Of a stretch of 32,000 bases of DNA, positions 6,528-15,197 are shown one piece after another. A program made the position numbers and the translations under genes. The stretch covers positions 1,020,001-1,052,000 of the forward strand of contig NZ_CP147990.1 of the NCBI RefSeq assembly GCF_037902255.1, read 5' to 3'. This DNA comes from Candidatus Electrothrix sp. GW3-4 (GTDB lineage: Bacteria; Desulfobacterota; Desulfobulbia; Desulfobulbales; Desulfobulbaceae). The notes beneath the pieces are model-generated. The model did not search any database, was not told the DNA's origin, and saw only the letters and a program-made list of their open reading frames with translations. Numbering within the stretch: position 1 is the stretch's first letter; every line of letters starts with the position of its first letter.

Positions 6528-8407
6528 GGGGAAGGGCATTGAAACCGAGGTGTTGCTTTATTGTCTGTAAAAATTTTTTTCCTGAAGTCCAGGCGGCTGT
6601 CCAGCAGCAGGGGCTTGAAGAAGTGGAGGTCCGGTCATTTCCTCCCCATTGCTGTTCCGCTCCGCTAACTTGGCCCGAACTTGTCGATACTGTCAGGCGT
6701 TCATGGGCGGACGCTGTTGTGATTTTAGGCAGCTATTGTTTGCATGAGCTGACTGCCCCACCAGAGGAATCCTCCCGATGTAGGATTTATCGAAAGGAGC
6801 AATGCCACCACCTGTTGTGCAGTCCAACCCTTGTTGATGCCGTGCAGCAGAACGGTACCTATCTTGTGACCCCAGGTTGGCTTCATTATTGGCGAACGCA
6901 TATCTCGACCTGGGGATTTGACAGACCAACAGCCATTGAATTTTTCGGGGAATCGTTGCAGAAATTGCTCCTACTTGATACGGGCACGGACCCGGAATCG
7001 GAACAACATCTTGCTGAATTCGGGGGTTTTCTTCAGCTCCCTACCGAAGAATTGCCCATTGGCCTGGAATTCCTTGGGCTTTCCCTGTCGCAAATCATCG
7101 CTCCCTATCAACAGCAGGAACTCATACGCCAAAAAGAAGAGGTTGAGCGCCAAGCTGCTGAATCGGCAATGACCTTGGATCTTATCCGAATGGTGACCAG
7201 GGTTAAGTCAAGATCAGAAGTCGTTTCCGCCATTACTGAGCTTTTCACCATGCTGTTTGATCCGAAGGAGATATATTTTATCCCAGTGAGCAAAGCAGCT
7301 GTGCAGTTTGAGCAGGCGCCCGGCTTAAGCGCTGGAGAAAGGCTTCAGGTGCAGCAGTTTGCAGCGGGGCAGGAAAGACATCTTTTGCTGAATAAAGAGC
7401 AGGGGAGTTTCCTGTTGCGTATAGGTCGAAGAAAGGGGGGCCTAGCGGTGCTCCTGATTTCTCAAGTTGCCTATCCACAATATATTCATCAGTATATCAA
7501 TACCGCTCTTGCTGTCTCGGAAGTTTGCGCCCTGTCCATCAAGCATGTGCAGGCCTTGCGGGAATTGGTTCGCACCTCCCATCTTGCCGGTAAGGCTGAG
7601 GTGGCCACCGAGGTGCTGCATAATGTGGGCAACACCCTGAACAGTATTTCGGTATCTTCGGAGCATATTCGGGAAACGGTCCAACAGAGCAGTAGTATCA
7701 GTTTGTCTGATATTGTCCAGTTGATACAAGAGCATGAGCATGATAGGGAGAGCTTTTGCCTTCATGATCCGCGAGGGAAGAAGCTTCCTGTTTATTTTGC
7801 TAAACTTGCAGAGAAACTTGCCGAAGAACGGGGGTTCTTGCTGGCCGAAACAACCCGTCAGCTTCATCATATCCGCCGTGTTGCTGAGATTATCCGGGCC
7901 CAGCAGGATACGGCAAAACGTATTAACTGTACGGAACAGCTTAACCTGACCGCCCTTTTGGAAGAAAGCCTGGAATTATTTCAGGATGCCCTGGATGCGC
8001 AACAGATTACCGTGGAACGACGCTATGATGTTCAGCAGACGATCTCTGGAGAACCGCATAAGATATTACAGGTCGTGAGCAATCTCATCCGAAATGCCGT
8101 GGATGCCTTTGATGGGGCATCGGTTGAGCAGAGGAAGATTTCTGTGCGCACATATCCCGTTGCCGATCAGGATGAGGTCGTTGTTGAGATAAGCGATAAC
8201 GGGAAAGGCATGCAAGGAAATATCTTACAGCAGGCCTTTACCTTTGGTTTTACCACCAAAAAAAGCGGACATGGTTTTGGCCTTCATAATGCAGCTAATC
8301 TGGCAGCGGAAATGGGAGGGCGTTTGACAGGGAAAAGTGCAGGACCGGAGCAGGGAGCGCAGTTCAGGATGCGACTTCCTGTAACAGCAACTGGGGGAAC
8401 AGGATGA
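6491..8407 (+). CDS. Soluble sensor histidine kinase: DUF1638-like N-terminal domain, coiled coil, GAF-like domain, LHNVGN-type H-box, HATPase_c
   Basis: 638-aa ORF. The ATG at 6491 overlaps the previous gene by 37 nt. An in-frame TTG at 6539, preceded by AGGGGGAAGGG, would avoid the overlap. The N-terminus (CCFIVCKNFFPEV..SFPPHCCSAPL..VVILGSYCLHEL..EQCHHLLCSP..GTYLVTPGWLHYW) follows the remembered DUF1638 layout. The H-box is EVATEVLHNVGNTLNS. The ATP lid is DNGKGM...GHGFGL. No TM helices. Confidence 0.8.
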   Translation: MGTLSCLLPNGLGGRALKPRCCFIVCKNFFPEVQAAVQQQGLEEVEVRSFPPHCCSAPLTWPELVDTVRRSWADAVVILGSYCLHELTAPPEESSRCRIYRKEQCHHLLCSPTLVDAVQQNGTYLVTPGWLHYWRTHISTWGFDRPTAIEFFGESLQKLLLLDTGTDPESEQHLAEFGGFLQLPTEELPIGLEFLGLSLSQIIAPYQQQELIRQKEEVERQAAESAMTLDLIRMVTRVKSRSEVVSAITELFTMLFDPKEIYFIPVSKAAVQFEQAPGLSAGERLQVQQFAAGQERHLLLNKEQGSFLLRIGRRKGGLAVLLISQVAYPQYIHQYINTALAVSEVCALSIKHVQALRELVRTSHLAGKAEVATEVLHNVGNTLNSISVSSEHIRETVQQSSSISLSDIVQLIQEHEHDRESFCLHDPRGKKLPVYFAKLAEKLAEERGFLLAETTRQLHHIRRVAEIIRAQQDTAKRINCTEQLNLTALLEESLELFQDALDAQQITVERRYDVQQTISGEPHKILQVVSNLIRNAVDAFDGASVEQRKISVRTYPVADQDEVVVEISDNGKGMQGNILQQAFTFGFTTKKSGHGFGLHNAANLAAEMGGRLTGKSAGPEQGAQFRMRLPVTATGGTG

Positions 8408-10194
8408 CAGCAATCGCACAAGGGGTTCGGCGGGTTTTGATTATTGACGATAACCCGGAGATTCATAACGATATAAAAAAAATTTTACAACCAACGACTG
8501 CGTCTGATGATTTTGACGCCCTGCTTTCGGATATTACCGGTAAGGCCGCTGCAAAGGCGCACCAGACGATGATCCTGGTGGATTCTGCCTTTCAGGGAGA
8601 TGAGGGGGTCAAGATGGTTCGGCAGGCGAGGATGGAAGACCGGCCCTATGCCCTTGCCTTTGTTGATATGCGGATCCCTCCTGGGCCTGATGGGTTGCAG
8701 ACGCTCAAGAAATTGCAAATGGAAGATGATCGGCTTCAATATATTATTATAACAGCATTTTCTGATTATTCCTGGCAGGATATCAGTGATGCGTTGGTCT
8801 CCAAAGATAATCTCCTGATTATAAAAAAACCTTTTGAATCCATAGAAATACGTCAGAGTGCCAGTGCTCTTCTTGAAAAATGGCATATTGCTATGGAACG
8901 GGAGCATATCCTTGCTGCCCTGGCCATGCAGCGTGATATGCTGGAAGATCAGGTGCGGGAGCGAACCGCTGAGCTGGATCGAAAAAATGTTCTGCTGGAA
9001 AAAGAGGTTGAGGAGCGAAAAAAAAACGAAGAAGAGATACGGCAGCATCGAAACATGCTGGAAGAAGAGGTGGCCAGGCGAAGTGCCCGGATTGTTGAGC
9101 AGAATAATTTTCTCCACACCGTGATCAATTCCCTGCCTCATCCCTTTATGGTGGTGAATACTGTTGATTATACAGTCGCTATTGCTAATAAGGCGGGCCG
9201 GGCTGGAGGCTCTGGCGTTCCCAGAGGGGAGAAATGTTACCAATGTCTACACGGGTTGCCTCATCCCTGTCACGAGATCGGTCTTCCCTGTCCCTTGCAG
9301 GAGGTCCTCTGGCATGATGAACCGGCATTGTTTGAGCAGAGCATCTCTGACCCTCAGGGAAATGAGCGCATTCTGGAGGTTTATACCTCTCCCGTGGCGT
9401 CTCAACAGGAGAGGGGTGAAAAGAAGCAGATCATAGAATATTGTATTGATATCACTCGTCGCAAGAAACTCGAGGCGAACTTTCTGAAAAATAGCAAGAT
9501 GGGATTGGTTGCCACCTTGGCTGGAGGTATTGCCCATGACTTTAATAATCTCCTGATGGCCATTATCGGCAATATTGAGCTTGCAGCCATGAATATACCG
9601 CCTGAGCATAATGCGTGTGGATTTCTCGATGATGCAACTGAGGCCTCTGATCAGGCAAAGGTGTTGACCCATAAATTTCTGCTGTTCTCAAACTTTGACC
9701 CACCTGCCCGTCAGGCTGTTCCTCTTGGTGAGCTGATCACCACCAGCTGTTTGGCGGTACTTGCTGGCTCGAATATTGTTCAAGAATTTCATTTCGCGCA
9801 GGATTTATGGATGGGGTATATTGATCCAAGCCAGTTGGATTTGGCCCTGCGTGAACTCTTTTGTAATGCCCTGGAAGCGATGGGAACAGAGGGGCTACTT
9901 ATCTTGACTGCTGAAAATATAATCCGTTCCGGGCAGGTGCATCCTGAAAAAACCAAAGGGAAATATGTCAGGATAACCCTCCGGGATCAAGGTGTTGGTA
10001 TAGACCATAAGGATCTTGTTAACGTCTTTGACCCCTACTTCTCAAGCAAAGTGCGAGGAAACGGCAAAGGCATGGGGCTGGGATTGACCATTGCCTCCTC
10101 AATCATCCATCAGCATCAGGGCTATATAGATATTGAGTCAATCCCAGGAAAAGGAACTACTGTATACATTGAACTTCCTGCGGAAACAGAGTGA
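8404..10194 (+). CDS. Response-regulator receiver, coiled coil, Cys-rich PAS-like domain and histidine kinase (REC-HK)
   Basis: 596 aa. Its ATG at 8404 overlaps the TGA of the upstream kinase (ATGA). The REC domain has RVLIIDDNPE, FVDMRIPPGPDG and IIKKPF. The PAS-like segment has EKCYQCLHGLPHPCHEIGLPCP. The H-box is GGIAHDFNNLL. The HATPase region has DQGVGI...GKGMGLGL. Confidence 0.85.
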   Translation: MTAIAQGVRRVLIIDDNPEIHNDIKKILQPTTASDDFDALLSDITGKAAAKAHQTMILVDSAFQGDEGVKMVRQARMEDRPYALAFVDMRIPPGPDGLQTLKKLQMEDDRLQYIIITAFSDYSWQDISDALVSKDNLLIIKKPFESIEIRQSASALLEKWHIAMEREHILAALAMQRDMLEDQVRERTAELDRKNVLLEKEVEERKKNEEEIRQHRNMLEEEVARRSARIVEQNNFLHTVINSLPHPFMVVNTVDYTVAIANKAGRAGGSGVPRGEKCYQCLHGLPHPCHEIGLPCPLQEVLWHDEPALFEQSISDPQGNERILEVYTSPVASQQERGEKKQIIEYCIDITRRKKLEANFLKNSKMGLVATLAGGIAHDFNNLLMAIIGNIELAAMNIPPEHNACGFLDDATEASDQAKVLTHKFLLFSNFDPPARQAVPLGELITTSCLAVLAGSNIVQEFHFAQDLWMGYIDPSQLDLALRELFCNALEAMGTEGLLILTAENIIRSGQVHPEKTKGKYVRITLRDQGVGIDHKDLVNVFDPYFSSKVRGNGKGMGLGLTIASSIIHQHQGYIDIESIPGKGTTVYIELPAETE

Positions 10195-10229
10195 GGGAGC
10201 AGGAAGAAGGCAAGGGGGCTGGCCTGCAA

Positions 10230-12512
10230 TCAGGCCTCATTATCAAGCACCTCCCGGACAATCTTTGCCAGTTCCTTGGTGGATAAGGGCTTGATAAGAT
10301 ATTTTTTAATACCAAGCTCAAGGGCCTCTTGTTCGGAAAAGGCAGCTGTGTAGCCTGTGCAGAGGATAATAGGCAGATCCGGCCGCAGTTGCAGGACAGA
10401 GCGGGCAAGATCACTCCCGGTGAGTTTCGGCATGGTATGGTCTGTAATCAGCAGGTCAAAGGCGTTCGGATCTTGCTGGAATATTTCCAGCGCCTTGAGG
10501 CTTTGGGTCGCAATGGTCACCTTGTAACCCAGGCTGCTGAGCAAGGAGCGATTGATATGGGTGATATCCACCTCATCATCAACAAAGAGGATTCGTTCAC
10601 TCCCCTCGGGTAGCGGTGTGTGAGGGATTTCTTGGCGCTTTCCTTGGCGCTTTCCCCCTGTTTTCTTATGTTGGGTCGGCAGATAGACATGAAAGGCGGT
10701 TCCTTGCCCGGTAACGCTTTCAACCTCAATAAAGCCGTTGCAGTCTTCCACAATACCGTGAATAACGGCTAATCCTAAGCCTGTTCCTGCTCCCTGCTCC
10801 TTGGTTGTGAAATAGGGATCAAAAATACGGCTCATGGTGATTTTATCGATTCCCTGGCCGTTGTCCTGCACAGTCAGTTTTACACTAGATCCTGGTGGCA
10901 TGGGTCTATCAGCAACACGTTCAGGAGAGAGCGTTATCGGCTTCAGACTGATCTTTAAGGTGCCCTGCTTATTGCCGATGGCATGAAAACCGTTTGTGAA
11001 GAGATTCAAGATGATTTGATGGATATTGGTTCGATCAGCAAGGACAATGCCGCATTGCTCGTCTATATCCTCTTGTATGTCTATGGTTGTTGGCAAAGAG
11101 GATCGCATCATCTTGACAGCCTCTTTGACGGTCTGGTCGATTTCGAGCTCTTTTTTTTGCTGTTTCTTTTTTCTACTAAAGGTAAGGATCTGCTTAATAA
11201 GATCGGTTGCTCGATTGCCCGCAAGAACGATTTGGTTTAAATCGTTTTCAAGAGGACTGGCCGCTGGCAGAGAGAGTTTGATTATTTCTGTATATCCGAG
11301 GATTGCAGCCAGAATATTATTGAAGTCATGGGCAATGCCCCCTGCCAGGGTACCAATGGCTTCCATCTTTCGGGCCTGAAAAAGTTCTTCCTCCAGCTTT
11401 TTTTTATCTGTTATATCGCGGGCGATATAGACAAGGTACTGGAACTGCCCCTGTTCGTCCAGAACAGGGGCTGAGCAGATATGAAAGAAATTTTCCAGGA
11501 ATTTATGCTCAAGCGTGCTGCAATGTTGGTAGTCGTCAAGCCTGGAGTGTACTCCTGGGCAGCTCGGACAGATAGTCGCTCCTTGTTGAAACAGGCTGTA
11601 ACAGGTGGTGCCAATGATCTCTTCTGAGGTTGTCTGAAAGAATTCATATGTTGCCCGATTCGCCCGGATAATGCGCATCTCACTATCCTGAAGGGTGATA
11701 ATATCTGGAATGGCGTCAAAGGTGTTTTGCCATTCTTCTGTTTGGCGCCGTAATTGTTTTTCAATAGCTGCCCGTTTTTTCATTTGCCTGCTTGTTTGCA
11801 CATAAAAGAGCACCAGGCCTGTTATTCCTATCAGATAAATCAAAAGATGATACAGGGCACTTGTTTTGAATTGTTTATGAAAGAGCTCAATAATGCCGTC
11901 AATGGGAAAGGTTATACTGATTCCGCCGCGAATATCACCGACTTGATCGCCTTTTCGCATATGGCATTGGATGCAGGTCTCTTGCGTAATTGCTGGCATC
12001 ATGACCCGCATTAAGGTCTTATCGCCTTGTTTCATTACCACGGAGGCCTCTTTTTCGCCTTGGGTAAAGGAAAGGAGGGCTGCTTTCTCCCAGTCATCTG
12101 GTGTATTTTCTGGTCGAACCGCATCAAGACTGGTGATATGACCACCGATCCCATATATCTCCTGTTCAAGCTGATATGCCTGACGGGTCATATGTGCTGG
12201 ATTGATCAGCGTGAGTTTTTTTCCGCTTGGCGTGACAATATCTCTGTCCGTAAAACCAATCAAATAGGGATTTGGCTGATTTTTGTCATTCACCGGGGCG
12301 TAGATCCCGCCGTTATGGGCATTCCATAACTCGTAAATATAGTCTTTGTTGACAGCGGTCAGGCCTATCTTCTTGCCGATAAATTCTACACTTTGCCATT
12401 CATGTTTCACATACAGGCTGAGGGAACCGGTCAGAAGGAGTGACCAGGAGAGGACGGCTGCTGCGCACCAGAGACGAAGTTGTTTGATCCCGACACTTGT
12501 GCTATTCTGCAT
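10230..12512 (-). CDS. Hybrid sensor kinase: signal-anchor TM, periplasmic DUF3365 (Tll0287-like, CxxCH), TM, Cys-rich PAS, HisKA, HATPase_c, C-terminal REC
   Basis: 760 aa. The DUF3365 pattern is GGHITSLDAVRPENTPDDWE...ETCIQCHMRKGDQVGDIRGGISITFP, with a c-type heme motif CIQCH. The H-box is GGIAHDFNNIL. The REC domain has ILFVDDE...LLITDHTMP...LIKP. Confidence 0.85.
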   Translation of the reverse strand: MQNSTSVGIKQLRLWCAAAVLSWSLLLTGSLSLYVKHEWQSVEFIGKKIGLTAVNKDYIYELWNAHNGGIYAPVNDKNQPNPYLIGFTDRDIVTPSGKKLTLINPAHMTRQAYQLEQEIYGIGGHITSLDAVRPENTPDDWEKAALLSFTQGEKEASVVMKQGDKTLMRVMMPAITQETCIQCHMRKGDQVGDIRGGISITFPIDGIIELFHKQFKTSALYHLLIYLIGITGLVLFYVQTSRQMKKRAAIEKQLRRQTEEWQNTFDAIPDIITLQDSEMRIIRANRATYEFFQTTSEEIIGTTCYSLFQQGATICPSCPGVHSRLDDYQHCSTLEHKFLENFFHICSAPVLDEQGQFQYLVYIARDITDKKKLEEELFQARKMEAIGTLAGGIAHDFNNILAAILGYTEIIKLSLPAASPLENDLNQIVLAGNRATDLIKQILTFSRKKKQQKKELEIDQTVKEAVKMMRSSLPTTIDIQEDIDEQCGIVLADRTNIHQIILNLFTNGFHAIGNKQGTLKISLKPITLSPERVADRPMPPGSSVKLTVQDNGQGIDKITMSRIFDPYFTTKEQGAGTGLGLAVIHGIVEDCNGFIEVESVTGQGTAFHVYLPTQHKKTGGKRQGKRQEIPHTPLPEGSERILFVDDEVDITHINRSLLSSLGYKVTIATQSLKALEIFQQDPNAFDLLITDHTMPKLTGSDLARSVLQLRPDLPIILCTGYTAAFSEQEALELGIKKYLIKPLSTKELAKIVREVLDNEA

Positions 12513-12771
12513 ACAAATTATGATGTGGCTAACGAGATAAAAAAGGAAATTTATGGAATGCTCTCAGAGAAATCAATTCCTCGTTCTGCCAATAGAAAAA
12601 TGATTGTGTTATGTAAAAAAGGAGACTCGCTTTCTTTCCTGATAGCATCATGGTATAGGGGGGATGAGGAGATGTCAAACAGGAAGAGCCGGAAGAAAAA
12701 AGAGGCCTTTCCAGAACGCCTCTCCAATCCTGAATTTTACGCTGTTTTATCAGCATGGAACAAAAAGTTTT

Positions 12772-14052
12772 ATGAATCCATACCTTATTTTTATTCTTAT
12801 CGTCCTGGTGGGCGGGTATTTGTTAAATCTGGTCGTGTCTTTTCTTGAGATACGTTCTCTGCAACCTGAGCTGCCCACAGAGTTTAGAGACGTCTATGAT
12901 AAGGAGAAATATCGCAGGTCGCAGAGCTACACCAAGGTGACAACCAGGTTCTCCTTGATACAGGATGCTGTCACCTTGATGCTTACCCTTGTCTTTATTC
13001 TTGCAGATGGATTTAATATGGTTGATCTGCTGGCCCGCAGTGTCGGCTGGGGAGCAATCAGCACGGGGCTGTTGTTTACAGGGATGCTTCTGTTCTTTTC
13101 CTTCCTGCTGGGGCTCCCGTTTTCTCTGTATTCCACCTTTGTTATTGAGGAGCGATTTGGTTTTAACAAGACCACCGCCAAAACCTTTGTCCTTGACCTG
13201 CTCAAGGGAGTCGTGTTGGCCATAATTATAGGGGGGCCGTTGCTTGCTGCGGTGCTCTGGTTCTTTGAGATCACTGGTCACATGGCCTGGGCTTTTTGCT
13301 GGCTGGCGGTTACCCTGTTTACCTTTGTTCTCCAATTTCTGGCACCGGTCCTGATCATGCCCCTGTTTAACAAGTTTACCCCCTTGGAAGACGGGGTCTT
13401 AAAAGAGGGCATTACTGCGTACGCAGCCCAGCAGGATTTTGCCATTCAGGGCATCTACACCATGGATGGCTCCAAACGTTCTACTCGGCTGAATGCCTTT
13501 TTTACCGGCTTTGGCCGCTTTCGTCGCATTGTCTTTTTTGATACCCTGATTGAAAAATTACAGCCTCAGGAAATAATAGCGGTCCTGGCCCATGAAATGG
13601 GGCATTTTAAGCACAAGCATATCCAGAAGATGATGGGTATCTCCATTCTCCAAACAGGGCTTCTGTTTTTCATCCTTTCTCTGTTTCTCGGTAATGAGCA
13701 GCTCTTTGCCGCCTTTGGCATGGAGCATATCTCGGTCTATGCCGGTTTGGTCTTTTTCGGTTTTCTCTATGCTCCGATTTCCATGTTGCTCTCCATCTTT
13801 TTTCATATCTATTCGAGAAGAAATGAATATCAGGCCGATACCTGGGCCTTGAACACAACAGCGGACCAAGGAGAAGGGTTGATCAATGGTCTGAAAAAAC
13901 TCTGTGTCCATAACCTGTCCAACCTGACCCCACATCCCTTGAATGTCTTTCTTCATTACTCCCATCCCCCGGTGTTGCAACGGATTGAGGCCATCCGACG
14001 GGTTGCACAGGAAAAAGAAGCTGCACCTTGTCAAGCAGGCGCCAAGATATGA
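12772..14052 (+). CDS. M48 family zinc metallopeptidase (Ste24/CAAX-prenyl-protease-like, polytopic membrane protein)
   Basis: The ORF-track entry starts at 12664. I prefer the ATG at 12772 (MNPYLIFILIVLVGGYLLN), which begins directly with the first TM helix. It has several TM segments, the HExxH motif LAHEMGHFKH, and downstream NEYQAD and HPPVLQRI, typical of Ste24-type M48 enzymes. Confidence 0.8.
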   Translation: MNPYLIFILIVLVGGYLLNLVVSFLEIRSLQPELPTEFRDVYDKEKYRRSQSYTKVTTRFSLIQDAVTLMLTLVFILADGFNMVDLLARSVGWGAISTGLLFTGMLLFFSFLLGLPFSLYSTFVIEERFGFNKTTAKTFVLDLLKGVVLAIIIGGPLLAAVLWFFEITGHMAWAFCWLAVTLFTFVLQFLAPVLIMPLFNKFTPLEDGVLKEGITAYAAQQDFAIQGIYTMDGSKRSTRLNAFFTGFGRFRRIVFFDTLIEKLQPQEIIAVLAHEMGHFKHKHIQKMMGISILQTGLLFFILSLFLGNEQLFAAFGMEHISVYAGLVFFGFLYAPISMLLSIFFHIYSRRNEYQADTWALNTTADQGEGLINGLKKLCVHNLSNLTPHPLNVFLHYSHPPVLQRIEAIRRVAQEKEAAPCQAGAKI

Positions 14053-15197
14053 CGAGCATAAGAATTCGTGAGGCTGCTCAGCAGGCATGGCTTGAACAAC
14101 TGGTCCACGAGTTCAAAACGATCTGCTTTCAGTATCGTGTCCAGCTTCGTCTCCCGATCTTTGAGCTATCAGCAGCTAAGCAACAGCTTGGTTGCTGGAT
14201 TTCAGCTCAGCGTATTCTCCGTATCAGTGAGCACCTTATTGTCTCGTCTTCCTGGGATGTGGTCCTGATGGTGCTGAAGCATGAAATGGCACATCAGTTA
14301 TGCAGTGAATATTTTAGGCTCCAGCATGCAGGTCATGGGCAGGAGTTTCAAAAGGCCTGCCAGCTGCTCGGTGTTTCTGCGCCCTATAACCGCGCTACCG
14401 GTGATCTGGATGAGGTCATTGCTGAGCCTTCGGGCTGTAAGCAGACAGCAGAGGGCAGGAGAATTATCCGGCGGATCAATAAACTGCTCCGCCTTGCTGG
14501 CTCAGAGAATGAGCATGAGGCGGCCCTTGCCATGCAGCGGGCGACTGAACTGCTTCATCGACATAATAGGGCAATGTCCGCCCTGGGCAATCCTCCAGAC
14601 TGTGTTCGGCTCTCTCTCAGGACCGGGAAAAAACAGATCCCCTCTTGGCGAAAGGCCATCTGTCGGATTCTGAGGGATTATTTTTTTGTGGAGGTGATTT
14701 TTTCTTCGCTCTATGATGCGCAGCGCCAGGAGTCCTATAAGACCATAGAGCTGTTGGGACGTTCGGAAAACGTGCCTGTTGCTGAGCATTGCTATTATTT
14801 TCTACAACAACAACTGGAGTCGTTATGGAAGAGGAACCGACAGCGGTTTCAGGGGAATGCCCGAACAGCAAAAAACAGTTATTACCTTGGGCTCTTGCAT
14901 GGGTTTGCACAAAAGCTTGCTGAGCAGGCCGGGAATATAGTGCAGGAAAAAACACCACAGGGTAATGAAAACAGAGAGGGTGCAAAAACAGCTGGAGAGC
15001 TTATTATCAGCAAAGATGGTCAGTTGCAGGGTTTTGTAGGCTTTCATTTTCCCCGCCTGCAAACCCGCTCTGTCCAAGCAGTGCGTATTCATCAGTATCC
15101 CTATGAGGAGGCCGTTGCTGCTGGCAAGGATATTATCCTTCACCGGAGCCTGACCGAGAAAAAACAAGGAGGAAAGGATCGGTTAATTTCATGCTAA
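14049..15197 (+). CDS. SprT-like metalloprotease domain fused to a DUF2786 / DUF7168-like region
   Basis: The ORF-track start at 14028 is a TTG. The ATG at 14049 overlaps the M48 stop (ATGA, 14049-14052). The SprT-like part has LKHEMAHQL (HExxH) and GHGQEFQKAC. The DUF2786-like helix pair is RRINKLLRLAGSENEHEAALAMQRATELLHRHN. The C-terminal part (IPSWRKAICRILRDYFFVEVIF...IELLGRSENVPVAEHCYYFL) resembles the module usually found after DUF2786. Confidence 0.75.
   Translation: MTSIRIREAAQQAWLEQLVHEFKTICFQYRVQLRLPIFELSAAKQQLGCWISAQRILRISEHLIVSSSWDVVLMVLKHEMAHQLCSEYFRLQHAGHGQEFQKACQLLGVSAPYNRATGDLDEVIAEPSGCKQTAEGRRIIRRINKLLRLAGSENEHEAALAMQRATELLHRHNRAMSALGNPPDCVRLSLRTGKKQIPSWRKAICRILRDYFFVEVIFSSLYDAQRQESYKTIELLGRSENVPVAEHCYYFLQQQLESLWKRNRQRFQGNARTAKNSYYLGLLHGFAQKLAEQAGNIVQEKTPQGNENREGAKTAGELIISKDGQLQGFVGFHFPRLQTRSVQAVRIHQYPYEEAVAAGKDIILHRSLTEKKQGGKDRLISC

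Noticed and set aside
8485-9243. 252-aa minus-strand ORF antisense to the REC-PAS-kinase gene. Similar long antisense ORFs occur at 1403-1930 and 2162-2713 (inside the P-loop gene), 7442-7870, 9247-9672, 12823-13335, 13558-14088 and 24175-24900.
   Set aside because: Each lies entirely inside a sense-strand gene with clear domain motifs. Their translations are low-complexity (rich in Leu, Arg, Pro and Ser), show no motifs, and have no RBS. They are shadow ORFs of the real genes.
12664-12771. 36-codon N-terminal extension of the M48 peptidase, and the overlapping ORF 12480-12848.
   Set aside because: The extension is highly basic and precedes a natural start (MNPYLIF...) at the first TM helix. 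ORF 12480-12848 lies in the divergent promoter region and has no motifs.
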